A DNA stretch of 64,000 bases from an uncultured Victivallales bacterium (GTDB taxonomy: Bacteria; Verrucomicrobiota; Lentisphaeria; Victivallales; GWF2-45-14), in assembly GCA_964651145.1 (NCBI GenBank), contig CAZYVR010000001.1, positions 6,839 to 70,838 on the forward strand, given 5' to 3'. The position numbers and the translations under genes are program-made. How positions within the stretch are numbered: the stretch's first letter is position 1; each line of letters opens with the position of its first letter. Below are positions 54,766-63,732 of this stretch, piece after piece. The notes under the pieces were generated by a model that saw nothing but the letters and a program-made list of their open reading frames with translations, did no database searches and was not told the DNA's origin.

Positions 54766-55932
54766 ATGAAAATCGACGATTATGCCATAAGCATGGCCAG
54801 CAGCCATGATTTGACCAAATATTCACACAAGGAAGAAACTCTTGTCCAATGGACAGGAGGAGAAACAGCTCAGCAGGCCGCCTACGAAACCCCGGTGAGT
54901 GTAAAGCTTTCCTCGCAAGCCCTTGAAAATCTTCAAGAGGAACATTCTTCTTTGCCCATAAGAGAAATTGGAAATGGCGGAGCAAGCTTGAAGCTCTCGC
55001 CTCTCTCGCTGAAGTATATGATTCCCAAAATTAAGGCTGAGAAGGCAGAAGCAAATTCCTTTTTGTCTGAAATGGACAAATTGAAAATCCAATTGATTGA
55101 AGAACTGCTTTACCGCGCAACTGGCAAAAAAATAAAGATTAAAATATTTGATCCATCTAAGTCAAAAAAAGAAAGCTCTTCAGCCTCATTAAGTGATGAG
55201 GCCAGCTCTGAAAAGTTTCAGAAAGCATTAAAGATCGGAGAAGGCGAAAAGGAAGAGCAGCGAGTTGGCTGGGGCTTGGATTATCACTATCTGGAAGAAC
55301 ATTACGAAAGCGAAAAGACCAGTTTTGACGCGCAAGGCGTGGTCAAGACAAAAGATGGCCGGGAAATTCATCTTGATGTAAGCGTTAACATGAGCAGGGA
55401 ATTTTACACTCGAAAAGAAATTTCACTAAAAGCCGGCGATGCCCTCATAGATCCCCTTGTCATCAACTTTAACGGCAATCTGGCTGAATTGAGTGACAAT
55501 GATAAAATTGAGTTTGATCTGGATATGGATGGCAAAAAGGATCAGATATCGCGCCTTGCATCTGACAGCGGGTATCTTGCTTTGGATAAAAATAATGATG
55601 GTAAAATAAATGACGGAGGCGAGCTTTTTGGCCCCGAATCAGGCAATGGGTTTGACGACTTGGCCAAATATGACGAAGATGGCAATGGATGGATTGACGA
55701 AAATGACAGTGTTTTTGACAAATTGCGTGTATGGAATAAAGATTCGAGCGGAAAAGAAGTTCTGATGGCGCTTGGACAAACTGGAGTCGGCGCTATATAC
55801 CTGGGGCGTGAAAAAACTGAATTTGCCATAACTTCCAATGAAAATTTGAATGGTCAACTGCGGGAAAGCGGCATTTATTTGAAAGAAAACGGAATAGTGG
55901 GGACTATCCAGGAGCTAGACTTAGTTGTATAA
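54766..55932 (+). CDS. calcium-binding-motif protein (EF-hand/RTX-adhesin-like DxDxDG loops), unknown function
   Basis: SD ggaggag lies 7 nt upstream. The C-terminal half carries DPLVINFNG..., FDLDMDGKKDQI, LDKNNDGKINDGGELFG and YDEDGNGWIDENDSVFDKLRVW. This resembles the Ca-binding module found in large RTX-type exoproteins. No signal peptide is seen. Confidence 0.6.
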   Translation: MKIDDYAISMASSHDLTKYSHKEETLVQWTGGETAQQAAYETPVSVKLSSQALENLQEEHSSLPIREIGNGGASLKLSPLSLKYMIPKIKAEKAEANSFLSEMDKLKIQLIEELLYRATGKKIKIKIFDPSKSKKESSSASLSDEASSEKFQKALKIGEGEKEEQRVGWGLDYHYLEEHYESEKTSFDAQGVVKTKDGREIHLDVSVNMSREFYTRKEISLKAGDALIDPLVINFNGNLAELSDNDKIEFDLDMDGKKDQISRLASDSGYLALDKNNDGKINDGGELFGPESGNGFDDLAKYDEDGNGWIDENDSVFDKLRVWNKDSSGKEVLMALGQTGVGAIYLGREKTEFAITSNENLNGQLRESGIYLKENGIVGTIQELDLVV

Positions 55933-56290
55933 TTGGCCTATAATGTAATTATAAGCCAATCGCTCTGTGGAGGATAAAATTATATAAATATTAATTCAGC
56001 ATATGGAGTGACTCAAAGCGCGTTGAATGACAATATGAGCAAAATGGATGAAATGTTCGAAGGTCTTATCGGCATGAGATAAATTTAAGTGGATTTCTGT
56101 TAATTTGTAAAATTTCAAAAAGATGTCAGATAAACCAACCTGAAATTTTTGAACTGTCTGGTTTATTCTTGAAGCCTTGCGCAAAAACACAGGACTCCAG
56201 GAAGCTGCGATATTGCCGCCTTTGCCGACATTTATGCTGTCTTTCACGCCCAATTCTTCCTAGTTAATATGATATAAGTATAAAAATCAT

Positions 56291-56321
56291 ATAATGTCAA
56301 GCAAAAATCGATCGCGAAGAA
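56291..56321 (+). repeat. 31-bp direct repeat, copy 2
   Basis: ataatgtcaagcaaaaatcgatcgcgaagaa. The minus strand gives TTGACA (56300-56295) with a TA-rich -10-like stretch about 14-17 nt further on. Confidence 0.85.
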
Positions 56322-56341
56322 TTCCTGATTCTTTGTAGCTG

Positions 56342-56480
56342 TTAAAAAAAGTTAAGTTTTTATGTTGACAGACAATGCGATGGCTCCGCCAAAAGTCTTG
56401 AAAAATAAAAGACCCCGCTAGAGGCGGCATAAAAACCGGATTTCATCCGGGCTTGATCCAACGAAGAATGCGTTGGCAGC
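56342..56480 (+). repeat. composite repeat, copy D: A-run/TTGACAG module plus diverged MITE-like element
   Basis: ttaaaaaaagttaagtttttatgttgacagacaatgc (56342-56378), then gatggctccgccaaaagtcttgaaaaataaaag. Three hairpins follow (56415-56427, 56436-56450, 56458-56476) in the same order and spacing as in copy A, but with different stem sequences. Confidence 0.75.
56401..56450 (-). terminator. tandem intrinsic terminators for the 56501-59965 hydrolase gene, supplied by repeat copy D
   Basis: On the minus strand: ccggatgaaatccgg followed by tttttat, then ccgcctctagcgg followed by ggtcttttattttt. They lie 51-100 nt downstream of the stop at 56501. Confidence 0.6.
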
Positions 56481-56500
56481 CACCGCCTGCGTTGATTTTT

Positions 56501-59500
56501 TCAGTCTGTTCCGGTCTCGATTATATACCAGGCGCTTGCGCGGCCCTTTTCGCCAATCTTGACAGATACCTCACTGTCATCGTCCTGAAAAAGAATATTT
56601 CTTTCAAACCAGTTAGGCTTCGAGCCTTTGCCTTTTATCTTTTTTACAGATGCCATAGCTGTCATATTCGGATTCAATGGCGTGATTCTGGCAGATTCAG
56701 CCTTAAGCTTTATTGCAGCCTTCACTGGTTCAATTCTGACTTGTCCGCGGCCCGGCCCTCTCGGCCTTTTTACTATCATTCCTGTGCCATAATCAAAGCC
56801 GGAAGGCGATTTTTCAACCGCCGAGAAAGACGCTGTTTCGCCGTCATTTCGCACTCTGCCCACAGAAGAGACCAGAATTTTTTCCGATTTATCCAATGGT
56901 TTGCCGTCCAAAGAGCTGAGGACAATTGTGCAGTATGGAGTTTTAGGAATTATTTCAATGTCTCTGAATTTTATAGTTCCTTTTGGGAACCCGGTGAATC
57001 CCTGAGTTCGAGGCGTGTCCACTTTGAGAATGTTTTCTTTCCAGTTACGTTCGATTTCTCCTGTGTCGCTTATTATTTTCCCGTCCTGCAAACCTTTGTC
57101 TTTGTCAATCAGCCCTTGTTCTTTCATTGCTTTGTCGAGTTTTTTTGCAAGCTTTGCGCCGTCATCGCAATCCAACAGGTCAGCCTTGAAATCGCAGTCA
57201 TTGCCTTTGCCGATGACAATGTCTGCGCGTCCGTCAGCTTTGTCGAACACGTTTTCTACTCTGGATACAAAAGTCATATAGTTCCATGGAGCCGTCCCAG
57301 CTCCTCGAAAAATGCCTTTGGCGGAAAGTTTTTCATCTCCGGCAAATTTGACCTGCGCCAGTTTTTTTGCGGGAGCGACATCGCGTCTGTGGAACATAAG
57401 CGCGGCCATAGGAAACATTCCCATCAGGGCAGGGTCGTTAAACTCCACAGTCCCCTGCAAAACTCCCTTGGCGTTGTCCGCCACATCCCACGAATATCCC
57501 CAGCCGCCGAAATAACAATAGTGAAAGATGGCGTCCCAATCCTGCAGCGCTGAGGTTGAGCCTACCGACATGAAATATCCAGAGCGCCAGTCATGCGGCC
57601 ACATCATATCAGACTCGGTGCTTGTCAACGGCATAGTGTTTACTTTAACAGCCGCAAGCACAGGCTCGATAAGGCTGGATTCCAAAGGATTGACGCTTAC
57701 AAAAGGAATGTTTGCGTTAATTTTTTCATTCTTTTTTAGGCTTTTTTTGTTGTGTGCGTAATACATGTTTTGCGATGTGTAGTCCGTAAGCCTTTGAGTG
57801 TCCAATGAAGCAGGGCTGTATAATATGTTTGTTCCCGCCACCGGGACTTTGCAGCCAAGGGATTTCACGTATTCAATCATTTCTTTGTGATAATCGCTTT
57901 GAATTTTTTTGTAAAATGCAACCGCGTCTTTGACTCTGGCACCCGACCATTTTCCTTCTCCCTGGATATTGGAGATGTCCGGGGTTTTAACTGTTCCTTT
58001 TGCTGGGTCTTCATCTTTTTGCAGGCAAGGAGAGCCATCTTTTGCGCCCCAGGCTTGCTTTAGTTTTTTTCTGTCTCCATATTTGTCCAGAAGCCATTTA
58101 TTGAACATTTGCGTTAGAAGCTCATGATAATAGACTGGGTCGTTTTTGTTTTTTTTCCAGTCAAAAAAAACAGTTTGTTCATTTATCAGCATCAGCATCG
58201 ACACAGCGGGCTCTTCAAGCAAAGATTTTCCGGTATATTGGTTTTTGCGCGTCATGAATTCTTTCATATATTTTTTGCCCATTTCAATGAGGCGCCTGCT
58301 GTAATATGCCCAGGGACGATGGGATTTGTAGAGTTTATAGCCTGGGACTTCATCGCCGGGCTTTATTTTTCTTGCTGAAAGGCCGGTAATGGAATCTATA
58401 AGGATATAAATGCCCTTGTCTTTCAGGCATTTCACAAAGTAGTCAAATTTTTCAAGCTGTTTTTCCGGAACAAGCTTGTCGGTAGTTTTTCCGTTTGGGT
58501 CGATTGTCACACCTTCCGTAAGATGAAAGCGAATTATATTTACACCCATCCGCGACAATGTGTCCGCCACTCTTTCCGCCTGTTCGTGAGTGGGATAAAG
58601 CCCTCTGTTTGAGTGGATGTTTGTTCCGAAAAACCTTGCCGGCGTTCCGTCTTCAAACACAAAATGCCCATTTTGGACCTTCAAAAAGCCATGCTTTCCG
58701 GCAGGCGCGTCAAGCAGAAAAGACAAATCAAGCAATGTGTCTTTTTTTGTTTTGCAGTTTTGAATGTTGAATGGAATCCAGTCAGAGGTGTCCAGAGCCT
58801 CGACTGCGGCGGTTTCTTTGGAGCATGGCGCGCTGCCAGTTGTGGCGGCCAAAATCATCCAGATCGCATTTCCGTCAGAAAAAGCCTTAAAAACAATGTC
58901 CTTTACTGTTTTTTGTGGAGATGGATTTTTTATGGATGCCGCAAAAAGTCTTGCTTTGGGTTTCATTGGATTGGCGTCGACTATTTTAAGGGAGGCTTCG
59001 GAGGCAAAACCGCCCCACCAGTCGGCAACCTGACGGCTTGATGTTATTTCCGCTGTTTGCTTTGAGCCATCGGCATAATTAAATTCTATCTGGCTTTTTG
59101 CGCCAGCCTTCATCCAGGCTCCTGAGCTCAGAATACTGAGATATTTGAATTTTCTGTTTACTGGGATTTGAGCTGATTTGAGGAAAAAGCTGTTTTCAGT
59201 CTCCTTCAGGACAATCGCTGATTTTCCTTTGTTCTTAGCAGGATCGATTATCTCAAAAGGAATGCCGCCAAGCTCAAAGTTTTCGATATTCATTCTTCTC
59301 AGGTCATTTTTTCCCTGATCGGTCCATCCGCCTTTTCCATCTCCGCTTTTCTCGTCCTTAAATCCTCTGTTTGCGACTTCCTTCAAGCTTAAAGGAGAAT
59401 TATTAATTTCAATAAAACTAAGATCATCGGCAAAAATTGCGCTTTTAAATTTTTTATTATTACCTGCCACGGGAAATATTGCAGGCCTGAGAAGCGTGGC

Positions 59501-59965
59501 TGTTTTGGGAATAAAATTCAAGTCAAGTGTGAATTTTTGCCATTTGGATGACAAGGTCAATTTTTTCATTTCGAGCCATCGGACAAATCCGCCCTGCTTT
59601 TCGGCAGCTACCCCAACTCTTACTTTCAAAGCTTTTTTTCCAGCGCTTTTCAGCCAGCCGGAAAATCGATATTTTGCGGCGGAATTTATTTTTATCGGCT
59701 TCCTTAATGAAAGATAAGGATTGAAGGAGTCCAGCTCATCGTTTATCTGGAGGCACTTGCCGCCGAAATGAGGCGTTTGAGTGGAAATTTTCACAATATG
59801 TTTTATTTTTTCTTTGGGAATGCCGTTTGTGCCCCATGCTCCCCATTCTTTGTCATTTTCTCCTTCAAATTGCCAGGAAAAATCGACCGCTTCATCTGTG
59901 GCGCAAGCCAGGAAATTAATTCCAAAGAACAATCCCATAAACATTCCAAAAATTTTTCTTTTCAC
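56501..59965 (-). CDS. large secreted glycoside hydrolase-like protein (N-terminal CBM-like beta-sandwich, clan GH-A TIM-barrel core)
   Basis: Signal peptide MKRKIFGMFMGLFFGINFLACA. N-terminal jelly-roll-like region (YRFSGWLKSAGKKALKVRVGV). Core with ARFFGTNIHSNRGLYP...MGVNIIRFH...GIYILIDS...MLMLINEQ (NE acid/base-like). The exact GH family was not determined. Confidence 0.7.
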   Translation of the reverse strand: MKRKIFGMFMGLFFGINFLACATDEAVDFSWQFEGENDKEWGAWGTNGIPKEKIKHIVKISTQTPHFGGKCLQINDELDSFNPYLSLRKPIKINSAAKYRFSGWLKSAGKKALKVRVGVAAEKQGGFVRWLEMKKLTLSSKWQKFTLDLNFIPKTATLLRPAIFPVAGNNKKFKSAIFADDLSFIEINNSPLSLKEVANRGFKDEKSGDGKGGWTDQGKNDLRRMNIENFELGGIPFEIIDPAKNKGKSAIVLKETENSFFLKSAQIPVNRKFKYLSILSSGAWMKAGAKSQIEFNYADGSKQTAEITSSRQVADWWGGFASEASLKIVDANPMKPKARLFAASIKNPSPQKTVKDIVFKAFSDGNAIWMILAATTGSAPCSKETAAVEALDTSDWIPFNIQNCKTKKDTLLDLSFLLDAPAGKHGFLKVQNGHFVFEDGTPARFFGTNIHSNRGLYPTHEQAERVADTLSRMGVNIIRFHLTEGVTIDPNGKTTDKLVPEKQLEKFDYFVKCLKDKGIYILIDSITGLSARKIKPGDEVPGYKLYKSHRPWAYYSRRLIEMGKKYMKEFMTRKNQYTGKSLLEEPAVSMLMLINEQTVFFDWKKNKNDPVYYHELLTQMFNKWLLDKYGDRKKLKQAWGAKDGSPCLQKDEDPAKGTVKTPDISNIQGEGKWSGARVKDAVAFYKKIQSDYHKEMIEYVKSLGCKVPVAGTNILYSPASLDTQRLTDYTSQNMYYAHNKKSLKKNEKINANIPFVSVNPLESSLIEPVLAAVKVNTMPLTSTESDMMWPHDWRSGYFMSVGSTSALQDWDAIFHYCYFGGWGYSWDVADNAKGVLQGTVEFNDPALMGMFPMAALMFHRRDVAPAKKLAQVKFAGDEKLSAKGIFRGAGTAPWNYMTFVSRVENVFDKADGRADIVIGKGNDCDFKADLLDCDDGAKLAKKLDKAMKEQGLIDKDKGLQDGKIISDTGEIERNWKENILKVDTPRTQGFTGFPKGTIKFRDIEIIPKTPYCTIVLSSLDGKPLDKSEKILVSSVGRVRNDGETASFSAVEKSPSGFDYGTGMIVKRPRGPGRGQVRIEPVKAAIKLKAESARITPLNPNMTAMASVKKIKGKGSKPNWFERNILFQDDDSEVSVKIGEKGRASAWYIIETGTD

Positions 59966-60031
59966 TTCTTCTCCTTATTAGATTTTGTATTTTTTGCTGT
60001 ATTAATAATAGCAGTGGCTTAAAAGCGGCAA

Positions 60032-60766
60032 TTACCTTTTTGCTCGAAAATACCAGTCAACGTCTCCATTTTTGCCGCTTAGAAGCTCGGATTGAGACAT
60101 CCGTTTGACATGTCCGTCAGCCCAGGCCGCGTTTATGCCGCCGGAGTGCCTGTTCCCAATGCATGGGTTTGGACACCAAGTGTTTCCGTTTGACGATGAA
60201 TTTACTATATAACTATAATCCCAATAATTGGTCGCGCCGCTAAGCCAGTCTGTTGTGTCTCCGCAAATCAATGACTCAGATGGCATTGTCACATTGGAAA
60301 TTTTCATTCTTTTGCGGAATTCAGCAGAAGTGTCGCTGTATCCGAATGCTCTGGTTCCACTGTTAAAACTGCAATTCCAGCCATAGCCTGACCTATATGA
60401 CATTGGAACATTGTCAGGCGGAACAAAAGACAAACAATGAAATGTTCCAGTGTTCAATTTTTCGTAATCGGTGACAGAACTGGCATTTACTCCCAGATAT
60501 TCCGATATCTCTAATTTCCAATTGTTCATATTTGTCCCTAAGCAGCTGATTGGCATCCAGCCGTCATAGTCATTTGCGTACATTGCAATTCCTTTTTCGA
60601 TCTGCGAAAGATTGGATGCGCAGGATATTTCTTTGGCTTTTCCCCTGGCGCGGTTTAAGGCAGGCAGCAACATGCTGGCCAAAATGGCTATTATGGCGAT
60701 TACAACGAGCAATTCGATGAGTGTAAAAGGCAAAGAAATGCGTTTTATGGCTGCTTTTGAAAACAT
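60032..60766 (-). CDS. prepilin-type N-terminal cleavage/methylation domain protein, H-X9-DG (DUF1559-like) family
   Basis: [45 protein letters not shown]-terminal [16 protein letters not shown] gives an exact H-X9-DG. It lies directly upstream of the hydrolase gene on the same strand. Confidence 0.9.
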   Translation of the reverse strand: MFSKAAIKRISLPFTLIELLVVIAIIAILASMLLPALNRARGKAKEISCASNLSQIEKGIAMYANDYDGWMPISCLGTNMNNWKLEISEYLGVNASSVTDYEKLNTGTFHCLSFVPPDNVPMSYRSGYGWNCSFNSGTRAFGYSDTSAEFRKRMKISNVTMPSESLICGDTTDWLSGATNYWDYSYIVNSSSNGNTWCPNPCIGNRHSGGINAAWADGHVKRMSQSELLSGKNGDVDWYFRAKR

Positions 60767-60859
60767 ATTGACCTTTGCTTGTAAAAATTTTCCAACACTA
60801 TAATATTAGCAGAAGAATACCGTTATGTAAATGTATAAACGCACAAAAGATTTGTCAAA

Positions 60860-61648
60860 ATGCACAAAACCTTTAACTTTTCAGCCTCCGATAGCAAAAT
60901 TAAGGCTCTTCCTGTTTTGCTTTTTGCCCATCATTTTACAGAAATGCAAAACAACAAGGCTCCGTTGCATGCTCATGACTTCTGGCAGCTGGAAATAATA
61001 GTTTCCGGTTCAGTGTCTGTAGAATCAGGAGCTTCGACTCTTAAAATTTCAAATGGTGGCTGTGTTCTTATTCCCAAGGGAGTCCCGCACCGTTTTGTTT
61101 ACGAACAAGAGCGGGAAGTATGGTCTTTAAAATTTGAGATGGAAGCTGAAAATTTGCCGAAAAGCCTTTCCAAAATACAGACAAGCAATCTTTCAGAAAA
61201 TATATTGAAAGAAATGCTGCACATATTGAATTCAGACTCCTTGAGGAAAGACGCCAGCCTCTCTTTGCCATGGTTGCTGGGACTTTTTTTTGAGCTTGCT
61301 TTTCAAGCCTCCCATGACAATTATCATGGCGCAAACATGGCTGAAAAAGTAAAAATGTTTATCAATGAACATGAAGGCAGACGCCTGACAGTTGATGACG
61401 TCGCCACTTATTTGGGTGTGTCAAGAAACACTATTTCCAAACTTTTCCACGACAAGACAGGGCTTCCCCTCAAAACTTATATAGATTTGCGCCGCATGGA
61501 GATAGCAAAGGAAATATTAAAGTTCAGCAATATGACTATTTCTGAAATATCCCGAATCATGGAATTTCCTGACATCTACGCGTTTTCCAAATTTTTTTCG
61601 CGCGTTGCGGAAATTTCGCCAAGCGAATTCAGGGCTTCAAAAAAATAA
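60860..61648 (+). CDS. AraC family transcriptional regulator (cupin plus HTH)
   Basis: N-terminal cupin (LHAHDFWQLEIIVSGSV...IPKGVPHRF). C-terminal HTH VDDVATYLGVSRNTISKLFHDKTGLPLKTYIDLRRMEIAKEIL...ISEISRIMEFPDIYAFSKFFSRVAEISPSEFR. Confidence 0.88.
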   Translation: MHKTFNFSASDSKIKALPVLLFAHHFTEMQNNKAPLHAHDFWQLEIIVSGSVSVESGASTLKISNGGCVLIPKGVPHRFVYEQEREVWSLKFEMEAENLPKSLSKIQTSNLSENILKEMLHILNSDSLRKDASLSLPWLLGLFFELAFQASHDNYHGANMAEKVKMFINEHEGRRLTVDDVATYLGVSRNTISKLFHDKTGLPLKTYIDLRRMEIAKEILKFSNMTISEISRIMEFPDIYAFSKFFSRVAEISPSEFRASKK

Positions 61649-62543
61649 AAATTCCGGCTTTTATTTCGAGAGCCTGCGCGCTTGACCTGAATTCACGCGC
61701 GGAAAGCCCGGTTATTTTCCGGAATTGCCTCGAAAAATAATTGCTGTCTTCAAAGCCTGATTCAAAAGCCGCCGAACTGATGGGGCAAGCGCTTGAAATC
61801 AAAAGCTTGCAGGCATGATTTATCCTAAGCCTTATCACATATTCAACAGGACTGAACCCTGTTGCCTTTTTGAAAACACGCAGAAAATTATTGACAGACA
61901 TGTTTGCTTTTTCGGCAAGCAGGATCAAAGGCAGATTTTCCGCAAAATGCTCTTCCATATGATTTATCACCGACGCTATTTCAAGCAATGAAGCCTGGCT
62001 GTCCGTGCGCGGCTCCTCTGAATAGCGCCTGGACAGACAAACTATCAGCTCTAAAAAGATTCCGGAAATCGCCGCTTTGTGTCCTGCTTTCTTTTCGCGC
62101 TGCTCTTTTTCTATTTTTTCCAAAAAGACACTCACATCGCGCAATTGTGGAGGCAGCAAACGCAAACGGCTTTTGAACGCATGGCTTTTGCGGTAAATAG
62201 GCTCAAGCGCAAAAAGCGCTTTGTAGCCCGGCATCCTTTGAAGCTCCTCATTGTCAAAAAGACAGTCCGAGGGCACATACATCAGATTGACGATTTCAGC
62301 ATTTTTCATATCCTTAAAACCATGCGCCTGCCCTTTGTGAATGACAAAAATATCGCCAGCTTCAATGCCGTATTCTTCTGTCTCTGCAATATGCGTTCCG
62401 CTTCCATTGACAACAATGGAAAGCTCAAGGCAGTCGTGAGTATGCATAATAAAGTTTGACGAATCCAGCACGCCTCTTCGACACGAAAATCTGAAATCTT
62501 CAGCTATGGCAGTCTCTTTGATGCAAAATTTATATGCTTCCAT
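61629..62543 (-). CDS. AraC family transcriptional regulator (cupin plus HTH)
   Basis: Cupin HTHDCLELSIVVNGSGTH...GDIFVIHKGQAHGF. HTH LAEKANMSVNNFLRVFKKATGFSPVEYVIRLRINHACKLL...FESGFEDSNYFSRQFRKITGLSAREFR. Convergent 20-nt overlap with the previous gene. Confidence 0.88.
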   Translation of the reverse strand: MEAYKFCIKETAIAEDFRFSCRRGVLDSSNFIMHTHDCLELSIVVNGSGTHIAETEEYGIEAGDIFVIHKGQAHGFKDMKNAEIVNLMYVPSDCLFDNEELQRMPGYKALFALEPIYRKSHAFKSRLRLLPPQLRDVSVFLEKIEKEQREKKAGHKAAISGIFLELIVCLSRRYSEEPRTDSQASLLEIASVINHMEEHFAENLPLILLAEKANMSVNNFLRVFKKATGFSPVEYVIRLRINHACKLLISSACPISSAAFESGFEDSNYFSRQFRKITGLSAREFRSSAQALEIKAGIFIFLKP

Positions 62544-62667
62544 TTAAGCTCCGTTTGTCTTTGGTGATATTGTGCTGTTATTTGATGATAAAGTCAAGGT
62601 TTTTGAGAAAATAAAGCATAAATTATAAGTAATGACAAAATGCTACACAATATAGGAGGAAAGAGTT

Positions 62668-63732
62668 ATGGATATGATAAAAGAATGGTTTGGCTCAGAA
62701 AACTATGCTAACAGACTTGAAAGAATCCGTCGTTTCTGGGATGGAGAGGAAAGGTTCATGATAACTGTGAATTCATCTCAATCGCGTTATAGACAAGTTT
62801 TTGACAACAGCAAAACACTTGATTTGTTGAAAAAAAACCTTGAAGCTCAGTCAAAGCTTCCCGGCTGCAATCTCCCGACGGTGTTCTCTGATTTCGGCAC
62901 TGTGTCAACCGCAAAATACTGGGGCGGCAATACATTTTTTCCGCATGAAGACTCAGATGATATTTTTATAAACCCAATGGTTCAGACAATTGAGGAAGCA
63001 TTGGCTTTGCCGCATCTTCCTCCAGACGCGCCCGACATGGACGCCGCCAGAGGCATTGATATTTTCAAAAAAGCCTGCAAAATGCTCGACACTGATGATC
63101 TCTGGCTGCGCACGCCGGACATGCAGGGGCCCTTAAACACGGCAGGGCTTGTAATGAACCAGGAAGAAATGATGATGGCCATGTATGCCGACCCGGATCT
63201 GGTCCATAAATTTCTTGACAAAACAACTGATTTTTTGATTAGCTACGCGCAATATTTGCGAAAAGAGACAAATAATCGCATTTGCGGAAACTTATGGCCG
63301 TACACTTTTTTCCCTTGTGAACTGGGAATCAGTCTTACGCAGGACTTTATGCCTTTGCTTTCGGCGGAGCTTTATCTTAAATTCGGAATTCCATGCCTGG
63401 AAAAATTTTCTGAAGTTTTCGGAGGCCTGCTTATTCACTGTTGCGGAGACTGGGGAAGGCACGCCGAAAATCTCGCGAATTCAAAAGCAGACATCAAGGC
63501 GATAGAATTTCATCATCCCTTTACAAAGTTCGAAGAGCTCGAGCCGTTATGGAAAGACACAGTTTTTATCCCATATCTTACTTCGCTTAATAAAGAAGAA
63601 GTTCAATTCAAGACAGCCACTGAATATTATGAACATCTTCTCTCAAGCACAGACAAATCTGTCCGCTTCTGGTTCGCCTTCCCGGAAGACACGCCAGAAG
63701 CGGTGGAATTTGCCATAAAACACGGCTTTTAA
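62668..63732 (+). CDS. uroporphyrinogen decarboxylase (URO-D)/MtaA-like family protein
   Basis: Size and pattern ([40 protein letters not shown]...[11 protein letters not shown]) resemble URO-D-fold enzymes. The assignment is tentative. Confidence 0.4.
   Translation: MDMIKEWFGSENYANRLERIRRFWDGEERFMITVNSSQSRYRQVFDNSKTLDLLKKNLEAQSKLPGCNLPTVFSDFGTVSTAKYWGGNTFFPHEDSDDIFINPMVQTIEEALALPHLPPDAPDMDAARGIDIFKKACKMLDTDDLWLRTPDMQGPLNTAGLVMNQEEMMMAMYADPDLVHKFLDKTTDFLISYAQYLRKETNNRICGNLWPYTFFPCELGISLTQDFMPLLSAELYLKFGIPCLEKFSEVFGGLLIHCCGDWGRHAENLANSKADIKAIEFHHPFTKFEELEPLWKDTVFIPYLTSLNKEEVQFKTATEYYEHLLSSTDKSVRFWFAFPEDTPEAVEFAIKHGF

Noticed and set aside
55996-56253. 85-aa minus-strand ORF in the tail of the mosaic region
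   Set aside because: It has a TTG start with an SD-like aggaag placed too close, and no recognisable motif. The only support is a TTGACA-containing repeat upstream (56295-56300). I left it unannotated pending conservation or expression data.
56453-57553. 366-aa plus-strand ORF
   Set aside because: It is entirely antisense to the well-supported 1154-aa hydrolase gene. Its translation is low-complexity (runs of F/S/R/C) with no recognisable motif. It starts inside repeat copy D.
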